Source: Eledone cirrhosa (lineage: Eukaryota). From it: 64,000 bases of DNA. The position numbers and the translations under genes are program-made. Within the stretch, counting starts at the first letter, position 1. Each line of letters starts with the position of its first letter. The stretch covers positions 118,420,001-118,484,000 of the forward strand of contig OZ024745.1 in NCBI GenBank assembly GCA_964016885.1. The letters run 5' to 3'. Of the stretch, positions 13,309 to 28,390 are shown in pieces. The notes under the pieces are model-generated. The model made no database searches and was not told the origin of the DNA. It saw only the letters and a program-made list of their open reading frames with translations.

Positions 13309-14305
13309 TTTCATTACACATGCTAGTTTCACCCCCCCCCCCCATCCCCACTCCTGTTTTGTTTTTTTTCTGTTCTTTTCTGAGTCTCTATTCAATTAAA
13401 TCTTCAATTTCAACAACAAAATCATAAAGCAACTTGAATTATATGAATTCTTTTCATTATGTCTATATGTTCATTATGCCGAGGTTTACTTTGCCTTTCA
13501 TCCTTACGGGGTCGATAAAATAAAGTACCAGTAATGCACTGGGTAATTGCTGGCCTTGTGCCAAAAGTAGAAACAATTATGTCTATAATATGATAATTTA
13601 TAGTTTTTTTTCTAACCAAAATATATCTTGGAGTTACATTTACAGAGTTTTAAAGACAACATAAAATGATCAAAAATATTTATAAAACTAGATCATGATA
13701 AACCTTTAAATATGGGAAAATACTTGAATCACCAACAATTTATCTGGAATTGTTTTTAAGAAATAGTTTCATGATCTAAATCATACAAGCAATAACACTC
13801 CACCTGAATAGAACTAAATACAGATATAATTCCCAGAATCCTGTAGGAATTAGTCTGCTATAATAAGTGGTAATTGTTGCTGGTTTGGAGCTAATACAAG
13901 TTTACTTTGGTTGACGATTGAAAAAACAGACATATCAATCATCATCATTGCTAGCATGGGTTGAATGACACTTTCAGTATTTTATGGTCAGATGTCCTTC
14001 CTGAAAGGTGGCAGATTCATTAGAAGGTTTACAGTATTTATTCTGGCTCTCTGCACTCTGAGTTCAAATACCACCGAGTTTCAACTTTGCCTTTCACCCA
14101 TTCGAGGTTGATAAAAAAAATATCAATCAAGTACTGGGGTCAATTCTTCCTCTATATCTCTTTCTCACTTCCATTCTCTCTCTCCTTTTCTGAAAGAAAT
14201 CTGCTGTATTCAGACCAGGTTTAAAAATGCCCTAGAAACACCATACATCAATATGGGGGCCCTACGACTCTCGCAGGAGTTACTGGACGATGCATGCCAT
14301 TCCTG

Positions 14306-14948
14306 ATGCTAAACCTTTTAGTCATCCTTTACATGAAGGGATACAATGCTAAACATTTTAGTCATCCTTTACATGAAGGGATACAATGCTAAACATTTTA
14401 GTCATCCTTTACATGAAGGGATACAATGCTAAACATTTTAGTCATCCTTTACATGAAGGGATACAATGCTAAACATTTTAGTCATCCTTTACATGAAGGG
14501 ATACAATGCTAAACATTTTAGTCATCCTTTACATGAAGGGATACAATGCTAAACATTTTAGTCATCCTTTACATGAAGGGATACAATGCTAAACATTTTA
14601 GTCATCCTTTACATGAAGGGATACAATGCTAAACATTTTAGTCATCCTTTACATGAAGGGATACAATGCTAAACCTTTTAGTCATCCTTTACATGAAGGG
14701 ATACAATGCTAAACATTTTAGTCATCCTTTACATGAAGGGATACAATGCTAAACATTTTAGTCATCCTTTACATGAAGGGATACAATGCTAAACCTTTTA
14801 GTCATCCTTTACATGAAGGGATACAATGCTAAACATTTTAGTCATCCTTTACATGAAGGGATACAATGCTAAACATTTTAGTCATCCTTTACATGAAGGG
14901 ATACAATGCTAAACCTTTTAGTCATCCTTTACATGAAGGGATACAATG
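14306..14948. repeat. 40-bp minisatellite, ~16 copies
   Basis: atgctaaac(a/c)ttttagtcatcctttacatgaagggataca; a single variable site. Confidence 0.97.
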
Positions 14949-15093
14949 AAACTATTCTAAAAACTTAAATACTCACTAATATACCACAACAAAAATATTT
15001 GTTTAACCTAGAACACAGTTGGAAAATTGTATTGGGTGTTTATATCCCTTTCTTTATGGTGCATGTTATTCTGACAAAGTTAATACAAACATT

Positions 15094-16003
15094 TCTCACC
15101 TACCTATCACTCCCACTATATATTATATACAGTAGGGATCTCACCTACCTATCACTCCCACTATATATTATATACAGTAGGGATCTCACCCTACCTATCA
15201 CTCCCACTATATATTATATACAGTAGGGATCTCACCTACCTATCACTCTCACTATATATTATATACAGTAGGGATCTCACCTACCTATCACTCCCACTAT
15301 ATATTATATACAGTAGGGATCTCACCCTACCTATCACTCCCACTATATATTATATACAGTAGGGATCTCTCCTACCTATCACTCTCACTATATATTATAT
15401 ACAGTAGGGATCTCACCCTACCTATCACTCCCACTATATATTATATACAGTAGGGATCTCACCCTACCTATCACTCTCACTATATATTATATACAGTAGG
15501 GATCTCACCTACCTATCACTCCCGCTATATATTATATACAGTAGGGATCTCACCCTACCTATCACTCTCACTATATATTATATACAGTAGGGATCTCACC
15601 CTACCTATCACTCCCACTATATATTATATACAGTAGGGATCTCACCCTACCTATCACTCCCACTATATATTATATACAGTAGGGATCTCACCCTACCTAT
15701 CACTCCCGCTATATATTATATACAGTAGGGATCTCACCCTACCTATCACCCCCGCTATATATTATATACAGTAGGGATCTCACCTACCTATCACTCTCAC
15801 TATATATTATATACAGTAGGGATCTCACCTACCTATCACTCCCGCTATATATTATATACAGTAGGGATCTCACCCTACCTATCACTCTCACTATATATTA
15901 TATACAGTAGGGATCTCACCTACCTATCACCCTCGCTATATTTTATATACAGTAGGGATCTCACCTACCTATCACCCTCGCTATATATTATATACAGTAG
16001 GGA
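15094..16003. repeat. 45/46-bp minisatellite, ~20 copies
   Basis: tctcacc(c)tacctatcactcccactatatattatatacagtaggga. Confidence 0.97.
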
Positions 16004-16030
16004 GTTGTTAAATAAAACTTGCTTATTATC

Positions 16031-16257
16031 TTAACCCTTTAGTATTTAAACCAGCCATATCCGGCCAGAATTCTCTCACCTCTTCCTGTTCAAACCAGCT
16101 GTAACTGGTCACTCATACTCATGTCAAAGTATTGTTCTCAAAATAAATTATATCAAAATCTCATAGATTCAATATTATGTGAGATAATTATGTGAGGTAA
16201 AGCGTTTACATTGAAAATATAATAGTAAATATAGAGTAATGTAAATACTAAATGTTA
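16031..16257. mobile_element. piggyBac-type MITE
   Basis: TTAA|cccttttagtattta; body matches 1402-1610. Confidence 0.78.
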
Positions 16258-17674
16258 CGCAAGTCAAGTGACTGTACACTTAATATATTATTATTGTGAC
16301 GAGTGGAGAGATGCTGTGCTGAATAAGACCCGTCCCACCCTTGCAAGCAGGGAAAAGCGGACGTAAAATGATGATGATGATGATGATGATTGTTGGTGTT
16401 ATTGTCAAATCAAAGTTATCTCTAACCTAGAAGACCTCTGATTAAACACTTTCCAGCTATGATTCTCTCATCCCTTTTTCAGACACAGTGCATCTAGATC
16501 TACATTATCCAATGAAACCTTCCTTCTTTATAATAGTAGCATATGATTTGCGGGGCATTAGGTTGCTATATTTAGCAGATCGAGTGACTACATAGAAGCA
16601 TTTCTTCCTATACCCTACAGTGAAATGACCAGGTGGATAACTGCAAATAGGTCATAGGCTCAAATCAACTGCAGGCATTTCATTGAATTTTTTGACAAAA
16701 GATTTATTCTACACTTGATCAGTTCGTCTACTGTTGGTCCTAAATTGGTCGGAAAATTGGTAATTTTTCTAAGTTGATCTTTTTAAAAAAACCAGAATTA
16801 GTCATTTAGTTTACATATTGAGATCCCAACCTATCCTATTTATCCTAAAACATACGGGATTTCTTGTAATGTACTTTTTTTAACATGTATAATGTTTTTT
16901 AATGTCTAAAGAAAATTAATTGTCGCAGGAATGCTGCCACTTAAAATAAAATTTTGGATGAGACAAGTTAGCAAAATTCAATAAGTGGTGGTGGGAGTGG
17001 AAAAAATCAGGAAAATAAAGGAGGGAGGGGGGGTATTTGAGACCTGAGAGTAGCTATCAGCAAAAGGCACCAGATCATTTGGTAAAGCAATCTATAACAG
17101 ACCAATATCGTATCCTTTAGGAAGTTTGTCTCACATCTGCTTTATATTATGAAGATAGTTTGATTCTCATGAAAAAATGAACTTGGCTTCGATGACAGTA
17201 TAATAATTATAAATAGATACTCTGGGATCAAAGACTATTCCCAAAAGGTTGGTATTATGCCTATTGTAATAAAACAGAAATAATTATTTATAAGTCCTAA
17301 TCCCCTGGCTTGGTAACCTTGAGCAGTGTGCACTCTTTTGTAGGCATTTGTACACAGTTGGAACTTCACTTCCTCTTTCACACTGCCACTCTTTCTAACA
17401 GAATATAAGTAGAAGTGGTTCTATAGAAGGGACTGCCACCAGATAAGACAAACTCTTGACTCCACCAATAAAGCCTCATTTATAATGTTGAATTCCATAA
17501 TCCTTTGTATTTACTGAGTCAAGTGGCAGTCATGTGACCACTGACTTCCAGGTGCGCTACTTAAATGGATCAAAGTAGTGATTAGCAACAATGAAAGAGT
17601 TGTATTTGCAGCTTCTATTTTCCCACTTGTTCCATAAACCTTGATATTCACAGAATCATCTCTTTCATCTTTGA

Positions 17675-17890
17675 TTAAGCCGTTAGCATTTACATTAGTC
17701 TGTATTTACTATTGTATTTTTGTGGTAAAGGCTTTACTTCATATAATATTGAATCTATGAGATTTTGATATTATTTGTTTTGAGAACATTACCTTAACAT
17801 CAGTATGAGTGGCCGGTTACAACCAGTTTGAACAGAAAGAGGTGAGAGAATTCTGACTGGATACAGCTGGTTTAAATGCTAAAAGGTTAA
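17675..17890. mobile_element. piggyBac-type MITE with TTAA TSDs
   Basis: ttaa...taaatgctaaaagg|ttaa; body matches 1939-2163. Confidence 0.78.
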
Positions 17891-17901
17891 GCCCTACTCA
17901 C

Positions 17902-17993
17902 AAAAGAAAATTGATTATATTGTCCAGATATTTTATTAAACCAAGCACTAGATAATAAAATATCTTTACTCACTTGAGTATTCTGAAGCAAAC
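17902..17993 (-). CDS. Candidate internal coding exon of an unidentified host gene
   Basis: Acceptor gtgtttttaatag and donor gtgagt; 92 nt open as LLQNTQVSKDILLSSAWFNKISGQYNQFSF in unique sequence. Confidence 0.25.
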
Positions 17994-18387
17994 CTATTAA
18001 AAACACACAAATGCTTGCACATGTGTGTGTGTGTGTGTGTAAACAAGAAGTGTAAGTCAACAGGTTAAAATTAACTTCATTTATTCATATTCGGTGTTAT
18101 ATATATTTTGGTGATAACCATTATTCAACAGTTATGACCTCACCAGGCAGCTAGAACTTGAACAGAAAAAGTGTTGGTAACTAACCAACACATACTCAAA
18201 TTTATATATATGTATATATATATACACACACCTATATATATATATTATAAACAAGACACAGTCATCTGACCCGACTTGCCTCTAATGGGACAACCCATCT
18301 AATCTATGCTAGCGGTGAAAATGGATGTTAAACGATGACGACGATGTTGTTGAGTGATTTTGGAAAAGTACACATACATATATATAT

Positions 18388-18443
<56 letters not shown>

Positions 18444-18841
18444 TGAAAAATCACAAAGTTGTATAGAAAGTTGGTAGAGTACTCAGTCCAAATGATGAGC
18501 TGGGTATAGAGTTAAATCCATCTGAGTTGAAAATCCTTTTTAGGTGGAATACCTGTTCTCAAGTATGGTTTGGTAATTGTTGTGGAATTAACTCTCTCTA
18601 TATATATATATTAGTGATGGTGCAACAATAGAATGCACCCAGTACACTCAATATACAAAAAGAAACAAAGAAACTTAAAAATAAAAATAATAAACCTACT
18701 CACCCAATTTATAAAGGTCTGAAGAGATTTTTGGACAGAAATATTAGCAACTGAACTGAAAGGAAAAGAAATATAAACAAAATTAATAAAAATAAGAAAT
18801 ATAATTATTGTTAGAGATCAATATTAAATATCAATGAAACG

Positions 18842-18842
<1 letters not shown>

Positions 18843-18920
<78 letters not shown>
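18843..18920. repeat. (TA)n microsatellite; (AG)n at 18391-18440
   Basis: Direct reading. Confidence 0.95.
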
Positions 18921-18924
<4 letters not shown>

Positions 18925-19539
18925 ATAAATGAAACAAACAAAACATAGGAAACAATTTTACACAATTACATTAGGTTCACACTGAATAAGGAGAGAACAG
19001 ATAGGTGTATGAGTAGTGTGAGAAGATTAGGGAAGGAAGTTTATATATTTATATCAATGATATTAATAAATGGAAACTATATTTATAAAACCATATTTAT
19101 TCTATTATATATATTTCAAGGGTACCAAAACTTTGGTACGCTCTCATCCCAGTTCACTCAGCTTTAGAAATGAGTTTACCCAGCTATAGTTTAAATAGCC
19201 TCACCAACCTGCAATTGGCCAATTGTGGTGAGTACGGCTACACCCTGACATGATCAAAACTAAAACAGAAAACGGTGGAGGTCAATCAGGTAGGGGTTCA
19301 TCCGGTAGCAGTGAAAAGGCCCAGGATTGAATATATATAAAGAAAGCTGGTAGAAGGACTTATGACTTAAACAGCTATTGATAGTTCCACATAAAAAATT
19401 GATCTGCCATAAACACACCTAGCAAAGGCTGCTATAGAAAATCTAGTATGGGTCCTGGGGTCACTAGCATTTTCAGGCGCACTCTGGGAACTGCGAATAG
19501 CCTCACATTTCCCGGGTATTACCAGGTACTGCAGCTAGT

Positions 19540-20930
<1,391 letters not shown>

Positions 20931-21214
20931 CTGGTACTACAATAGAATGCACACAGGTGGTTGGTGTTAGAAAGATCATTCAGCTAAAGTAATCATGCCA
21001 GCATGGAGAAATGGACATGAAATGGTGATGCTTATATGTAGTTCAGATCTAGCTCTGATCTCTGAATGGAAACCAGTCATTGCTACACTCCCGTTGGTTG
21101 TATAGAAGTCAATATTCCTAATAACTCCAATGATGAGAATATTTTTCACCTAATACCAAAGAAACAACTAAAGATGTACGTGTGAATATTTATCTGTGTA
21201 ATATATGAATATTC

Positions 21215-21500
21215 AATGTATGGGAGAGGAGACTGAGGTGGTATGGACATGTGATGCGCATGGAGGATGACCGATGGGTGAAGAAGTGCCAGGAAATGCC
21301 AGTTGAAGGAAGACGTAGTAGAGGTAGACCACGAAAAACATGGGCGGAGGTGGTGAGAACAGACCTCAGATCATTGAAGCTCACGGTGGAGATGACGAGG
21401 GACCGTGACGAGTGGAGAGATGCTGTGCTGAATAAGACCCGTCCCACCCTTGCAAGCAGGGAAAAGCGGACGTAAAATGATGATGATGATGATGATGATG
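21215..21500 (+). mobile_element. RTE LINE 3' end with (GAT)n tail
   Basis: ERRLRWYGHVMRMEDDRWVKKC...GRPRKTW...PTLASREKRT; same subfamily as 36166-37205; tiny copy at 16299-16390. Confidence 0.9.
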
Positions 21501-21865
21501 TATGTATATATATGTGTGTGTGTCTGTATGTGTGTATGTATCATCATCATCATCACTTTAATGTCTGCTTTCCCTGCTAGCAAGTTTTGGTGTGTGTGTA
21601 TATATATATATATATATATGTAGATAAATCTACCAAAAATTTACGGTAGTGTCCAATCCGTATGAAGACAGCATATATATGTGTAGGTATGTATATTCCC
21701 TCTGATAGTTTGTACAAATATTTTACATAGATCTATAGAATATGCATACCAACACTAACACATATATCCTAGAAACGATCGTAAAATGATGAATTTTTTT
21801 AATATAAGGAACTGTTTCTTTGTTTATTCATTATTTTATTAATTTATATATATATATATATATGT

Positions 21866-22176
21866 ATCATCATCGATTAACGTCTATCTTCCATGTTAGC
21901 ATGGGTTAGACAGGTTTGTCCCATTTAGAGGCAAGTTGGGTCGGATGACCGTACCTCACTCATATAGAAGTGTTTCTGGCTGCTTTTCTACGGCTGGATG
22001 CCCTTCCTAACGCCAACCACTTTACAGTGTATTACTGTGTATTACTGGTACTTTATTTTATCGACCCCGTAAGGATGAAGGCAAAGTTAACCTCGGCGGG
22101 ATTTGAACTCAGAATGGCAAGGGCCGTAACTCTATCCGTCAAAGCATGGCGTCCGACCCTCTACCGATACTGCCAA
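21866..22176 (-). mobile_element. RTE-tailed SINE fragment joined to a family B SINE
   Basis: Two known in-window motifs joined at ~22035. Confidence 0.7.
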
Positions 22177-22714
22177 TTTTGTTTGCAATTATGCAAACAA
22201 GCCTCTTTTTTTTTTTTTAAAGCCATGTCAGTAGAATGAGCCCCTCATTCTTGCTCTTGTGTTGGCATGTAAACAGAACTGCAGACACTAATGTTTCTGG
22301 GTATTACCCTTCATCAGTACAGCTCACTGTTCACCTGCCAACTGTCAGATTTAGTGAAAATATATGATATTTTCTAAAATATACAGTGACAGATCGGCCT
22401 GATTTGCATATTAGCAGACTGGCTGATCAGTCAGATCTGCATATTAGCAGACCCACTAATCAGCCAGATTTGCATATCAACAGACTGGCCAGTCAGTTTC
22501 CTATATACGAGCAATTAATGCCCGGTTTTGCCATATTCAAAAAAAAAAAGAAAAAAAATTTTGCTCTACATGGCTAAATACAATAATTTTTTTTTAAAAT
22601 AAAAATATCTATATATATCACCATCATCGCTTAACATCTATCTTCCACTCTAGCATGGGTTAGACAGGTCTCATTTAGAAGCAAGTTGGGTCAGTTGACC
22701 ATGTCTCGCTCATA

Positions 22715-22980
22715 TCAGCTGATCAGGTGGTTATTGGGTTTTTTGAAGTTTGTGTTACATATCCACAGGTCATTGGTGTCGCAGAATTCTAGAAGCCTGT
22801 ACCCTTCTTCATTTCTTACGCCAAACCCGTAGCACCCATAGACTCTGTAGAAGCCATCACTATGTTTCCCAAAGTTAAAGTCCCCTCCAATGAGTAGGAA
22901 GTCATTCATTAGAGTGGTAGTGTGCATTAGGGACTTGTAAAACCTATCCTTAAGTTCGTATGGCAACCCAGATTGGGGTT
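22715..22980 (-). mobile_element. RTE LINE APE-endonuclease fragment
   Basis: IGGDFN, YGFGVRNEEGYRLLEFC, ICNTNFKK...HLIS motifs. Confidence 0.85.
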
Positions 22981-23836
22981 ATATATACTTTCTCCTGTTC
23001 TTCCTTTCATCGTGCACACATTAATGGTGCCGATTCAGAATTTTGACGTCAATGGGAGAGGGTGTGTTTTTGCAGAGTAGGGGGTGGGTGTATGTTTTCT
23101 GTTTCTGAATTAAGGATTTGCATGGTCACCTGGAAACGTGTGAGTTCATATTTCTTCTAAGTTGTTCATCATCTTCAGCTTGTCCTTTAGATGAGGGACA
23201 GCGGCAGCAAGTAGAGGGGAGGCGAAAAGAGTGGAGATGGGGTGGAGCAAAAGAGACAAAATATGAAGAAAATAAAATAATGAGAGAATGGTACATACAT
23301 TATATGTATATACGAGCAAGACATGGTCTCCCGACCAATCCCGCATCAAATGGAACAAAACCGTCTAACCCATGCTGCCGTGGAAGATGGACGTTAAACG
23401 ATGATGATGATGATGATGATGATATAATGTATGTGCCATATGTATGATTATGTATGTGTGTGTGAGTGTGCGTATGTGTGAGTGTGTGTATGAAATGTAA
23501 ATCCTACCAAACCATCAGAATTTGTTCTTTTGAACTTAAACCACATTAGTTTTGTGGATACCTTATTGGAGAGTTATAGGCAGTGTTTGTCTTTATACAT
23601 GGATTCCATGCTAGCACTTCGCAATAACCTTACTATTGATGAGAATCCAGTAAGAGGGAGAATTTTTTCAATTCAGATTACAAAGAGCCAGAACAAACAC
23701 CACAAGGCATTTTGTCCAACATTTAAAGTATGGCACTCATTCCACTCATCGTCCCACATTGAAACACTAAGCTGCAGGACATATTGTTTATATGGAAGAC
23801 AGCATTGTCAATGTGGAGACACGCAAAGATAGAAAC

Positions 23837-23867
<31 letters not shown>

Positions 23868-23984
23868 TATATATATCATCATCATCATCATTTAAAATGG
23901 TAATTTGATGATATATATATATGTGTGTGTGTGTATGTATGTGTATATATATGTGTGTGTGTATGTATATATATATATAATAAT

Positions 23985-24195
23985 AATAGGCACAAGGCCA
24001 GTAATTTGGGGAGAGGGGAAAGTCGATTAAATCGACCCCAGTATGTTACTGGTGCTTTATTTTATCGACCCCGTAAGGATGAAAGGCAAAGTTAACCTCG
24101 GCAGAATTTGAACTCAGACCATAAAGGGCTGTCATTCTATGCTGCAAAGCATGGCACCCGACCCACTACTGATACTGCAAATCCACCACCCTCAT
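23985..24195 (-). mobile_element. tRNA-headed SINE (family B)
   Basis: Matches other family B copies; (AAT)n flanks. Confidence 0.78.
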
Positions 24196-25538
24196 AATAA
24201 TAATAATAATAATAATAAGGATGATTTGTTATATCTTCATTATGTTTATTGTGTAGTGACGTGCGTTTCGTTATTGATCAGCTCAGGGTTTGATCTGTAT
24301 CAATCTAGCCCGTCTCTGGAATCGAAAGCTCGTCGGACTTCTGTTGTAGAAAAAAATATATCATCACCGTTTCATGTCCATTCTTGTACGTTAGCATGGG
24401 TTAGACGAGTTGTCCTGTTATGGACAATGCTAGGTCAGGTGACCATGCTTTGCTTATACCGAACTGGTTGTGGCTTGGTTTCTACAGCTGGATGCCCTTC
24501 CTAACGCCAAGGGCATGGAAGAAGCACCCAGTTCACCCTGTAGGGTGGTAGTTTTGGAGTCACAATAAAATTCTCCCAATACACACTGTAAAGTTTCTGA
24601 CACTAGAAAAGGCAATCAGCTAGAGAAACAAAGCCAAAAATGGAGTGTACAAGCTGGGCATGGTCACCTGACCAGTCTAGCCTCAGTAAGAGACAAGCTG
24701 TTTAACCCATGCATGGAAAATAGAGTTTTAATGACGATGATAATAATAATGATGTGTGTACATGTGTGTGTGTGTGTGTGTGTGTGTGAGCGTGCGTGCG
24801 TGCGTGCGTGCTTGCGTGCGTGCGTGCGTGCGTGTGTGCGTGCGTGTGTGTGTGCATTCACAGAGATGTAAATATGTAAGTGTAAACCAAAATGAGAAAA
24901 TAGAGTATACAATGCTATAAATTAAATGATAGAATTATTGGATGCTAAAACTTCACAAATTGTTAGTCTAAATTTTGAGGTTGCTGATCATCAGACAATT
25001 GTGAACATATTTATATTTTTTATACATTTTTCCATGTATAGACTTCTATACTGCTTTGTGCAACATACTCCCATTGTTACCTCCCTATATGACACACACT
25101 CTATACTTCAAACAAATGTTACAATGTTATCCAATAACATTATGTTGTTATTGATTCTATATCCTCTTACCCAGCATTCTCTGTGATATTTAAAATCTTT
25201 TATAGATTGTGTATAACATACAAAATTTTATGGTCCATTTTCATAGGGCTCAAAGATCAGCAATGATAAAGTAGTGATATGTGATGCTTTCAATAAAACC
25301 TCTACCTCTACACAAACCACACACGTGAGATATGGACCTTGAGTGCAGGAGGTTTGTGGTAGCTAAAACAAGAGTGGTATGCATGTTTCGCTGTGTGTGT
25401 GATGCTAAGCATGAATGACAGACCACAAGACAAGTGAGAGAAAAGTTGGCTATGAGAGGAACTGAATGTAGCACACAAGGGAGATGAAAGCAGATATATA
25501 TATATATATATATATATATGTTATATAGACATATATAT

Positions 25539-25916
25539 GAAACACAAATTTAAATTTTGAAAGCCAAACAATGCATTAGAGAGAACATTAGATCGCCAGG
25601 ATAAAAGAATCTTACCTTAGCACATTTAACGAGCCCAAATATTTTCAGGTTTAAAATCCATTACCAAGGGAGTAACCCTATGAGAGACTTAAAAAATCGA
25701 TCAGATAGACTTGTTTGTTTGGGAGCAGATTTAACTTAAATCTGCTCTCCCTTGATAATGGGTTTTTAAACTCAAAAATATTTGGGATCGTTAAATTTGC
25801 TAAGGTAAGATTCTTTTGTTAACCTGGTGATCTAATGTTCTCCCTAACGCATTGTTTGGCTTTCAAAATTTAAATTTGTGTTTCCTATTCAACAATGCTT
25901 CCAGCAAGCTACAAAA
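25539..25916. repeat. Long fold-back palindrome, probable Penelope-type inverted pseudo-LTR
   Basis: 25539-25672 is the reverse complement of ~25746-25884; central hairpin gagcagatttaa-c-ttaaatctgctc; tail caatgcttccagcaagctacaa. Confidence 0.8.
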
Positions 25917-25940
25917 CTATGTATATATACATACATGTAT

Positions 25941-25990
<50 letters not shown>

Positions 25991-26007
25991 GTATATATAT
26001 CTATATT

Positions 26008-26038
<31 letters not shown>

Positions 26039-26103
26039 CTATATTTATATATATATTTATATGCATATGTTACAATCTTTCCTCTCTCTCTCCAAACTCC
26101 GCA

Positions 26104-26139
26104 TTTCCTGAAGAAGGACTTATGTCCGAAACCTCAAAC
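26104..26139 (+). ncRNA. Minimal hammerhead ribozyme-like motif, degenerate
   Basis: CTGAAGA a GGAC ttat GTCC GAAAC c TC aaa; same stem II as the 5132 motif with a different loop. Confidence 0.5.
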
Positions 26140-26559
26140 TCTCTTCTACTTCCTCCTAAGCTTAAAACTAATAACACTTTGTTTTTGCCTCTTTGTGTTT
26201 ATCTTGTCATTTCTTTAACTTTATATACAACACACACACACATATGTATATATACATACAGTGTGTGGGTGTTTTTTACTTGTGACCCCATCACTGGGAA
26301 GATTGTTTGGTCTGCTCTACCCTTTAGAGGTGGGAGGAGGTGAGAAAGATAAGTATATCATAGGTAAGTGACAATAGGTGGGGGTGGGAGAATAACAACT
26401 GTGAAGTCCTGTACATATGGAAGACGAGTGGAGTTCAAGTGGTGTGGTTACATGATTCCTGGCAGGTGAGTTTTCTCCAGTACTGCATGTTACCAATACT
26501 TGTGGTTCTTTGTAATCTCTATGTGCACCTTATGGAATTTCTGCTTAACCCTTTTCAAC

Positions 26560-27080
26560 ATATTAAACAAGGCTGCTTCCCATGCGGTATCAAGTTCCTA
26601 TCATCTTTACTATATTTTAAGACATTAACCTTTGTTAAGTTTACTTTTAGGTCTTTCAATTCTATGATTTTCTTCCATGTCTGGAATCTCTCCATGAACT
26701 CTTCCACTGATTCAGCTATAGGGGTTTGACCCTCAGTACGCCAGTCTTAAACACCTTAGTTAAGGCCTGGAGAACAATGATAAACAGAAATGAGCAGAGT
26801 CTTGGTGGACTCACTACTTCCAATTCATCACTATTCACATTGCCAACACTCACCTTGCTGGTTGCATCTATATACATGGCTTGCATACCCCTCATCAGCA
26901 ATTTGTCTACACCTAGATTTCTTAGTACCTACAAAACTATGGAGTGTGGGACCAAATGAACGGCCTTCTCTGAATCTACAAATGTCTGGTATAAAGATTT
27001 ACTCATAGCAAAGTATTTCTGCAGCTGTCTCAAAAGGAAGACAATCGTAATACTCCTACCTAGCATCTCAACTGGCTTGA
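26560..27080 (-). mobile_element. Highly degenerate RTE LINE RT fragment
   Basis: IVFLLRQLQKYFA...FVDSEKA; QAMYIDATSKVSVG; LFIIVLQALTKVFKTG. Confidence 0.8.
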
Positions 27081-27126
27081 TTCTCACTTTAATTAGTACA
27101 AACACACACATATATACATACATATA

Positions 27127-28355
27127 CGAGGGTGGGCTAAAAAATCCATAGGCTGACTATAAGTGATGTAAGAGCTGTTAAATCTTGCATGCATTAATTT
27201 TAACTGCATTGTTTCTTTCCATGTAAACTAGCATCTGACTGTTCAAAGAAGACTTCAAAAGCAACTAATAGGGAAACTGGACAAAATTTGGCATCATGGT
27301 GTTATCAAGTACCTGCAAAAAAAAAAGGTTTAGCTCTCAAAGACATTCATGCTAACATGGTTGCTACATTATGGGATTATGCTCCAGATTTATCAACAGT
27401 GCAAAGGTGGGTAGCTGAATTTAGGAGGAGAAAGGAGAGACTTGAAGATGACCCTAGGCCTGGATGTCCTGCAATTGCAACCACCAAGGAAAACATTGAT
27501 CTTGTTCAGCACAAGGTAATGGATGACAGGTGATTGGCTATAAATCAAATAGCCAATGATCTTAGCATATCTTGTGAGAGAGATGAGAATATTCTACACA
27601 ATGAACTTGGTATGATGAAGGTTTCTGCTTGGTGGGTGCCACAGCTTCTGACACTTGATCAAAAGCACACCCTCACAAGAGGATCTGACATTATTTGAGG
27701 CAGATCCAGCTGGTTTCCTTGAAAGTTTCCTTACTTAGGATGAGTGTTGGGTTGATCACATTGAACAAGAGACAAAGAGATAATCCATGCAGTGGAAACA
27801 CTCCTCCACACCTTCTCCAAAGAAGGCCAAGATCGTTTCATGCAGAGAAGCTAATGACCTCAGACTTTTTGGATGCAAAATGCATTGTGTTTATTAACTA
27901 TCTTGAAAAGGACCACACCATCAATGGAGAGTACTATGTCAACTTGCTGTGGCAGTTACAAAAGGCTATCAAGAACAAACACCCAGGAAAACTGACGAAA
28001 AGTGTATTGTTTCATTAGGACAATGCTCCAACACACAAGTCCTTGGTTTCAATGGCAGCTTTACATGACTGTGGCTTTGAACTGGATGATCACCCTCCCT
28101 ATTCTTATGACTTAGCCCCATCTGACTATCATCTGTTCTCTGACATGAAAAATCCACTTGGCTAGGAACTAGCAACACAGAGATCATATCTGCTGTTGTT
28201 GACTTTGATTTACCAACAGGATGAAATCTTCACCAATGGGATCCAAGAACTGCAAGAAGTGTGTGCAAAGGGGACTATGTTGAAAAATAAACCTTATTTG
28301 GTCACATTCCATGAGAGTATCTAGGTCAACCTATGAACTTCTCAGCTGACCCTTG
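27127..28355 (+). mobile_element. Near full-length, degenerate mariner transposon
   Basis: TA-flanked imperfect TIRs cgagggtgggctaaaaaatccataggctgac / gtcaacctatgaacttctcagctgacccttg; WVPQLL, DNAPTH and YSYDLAPSDYHLF remnants with stops and frameshifts. Confidence 0.9.
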
Positions 28356-28390
<35 letters not shown>

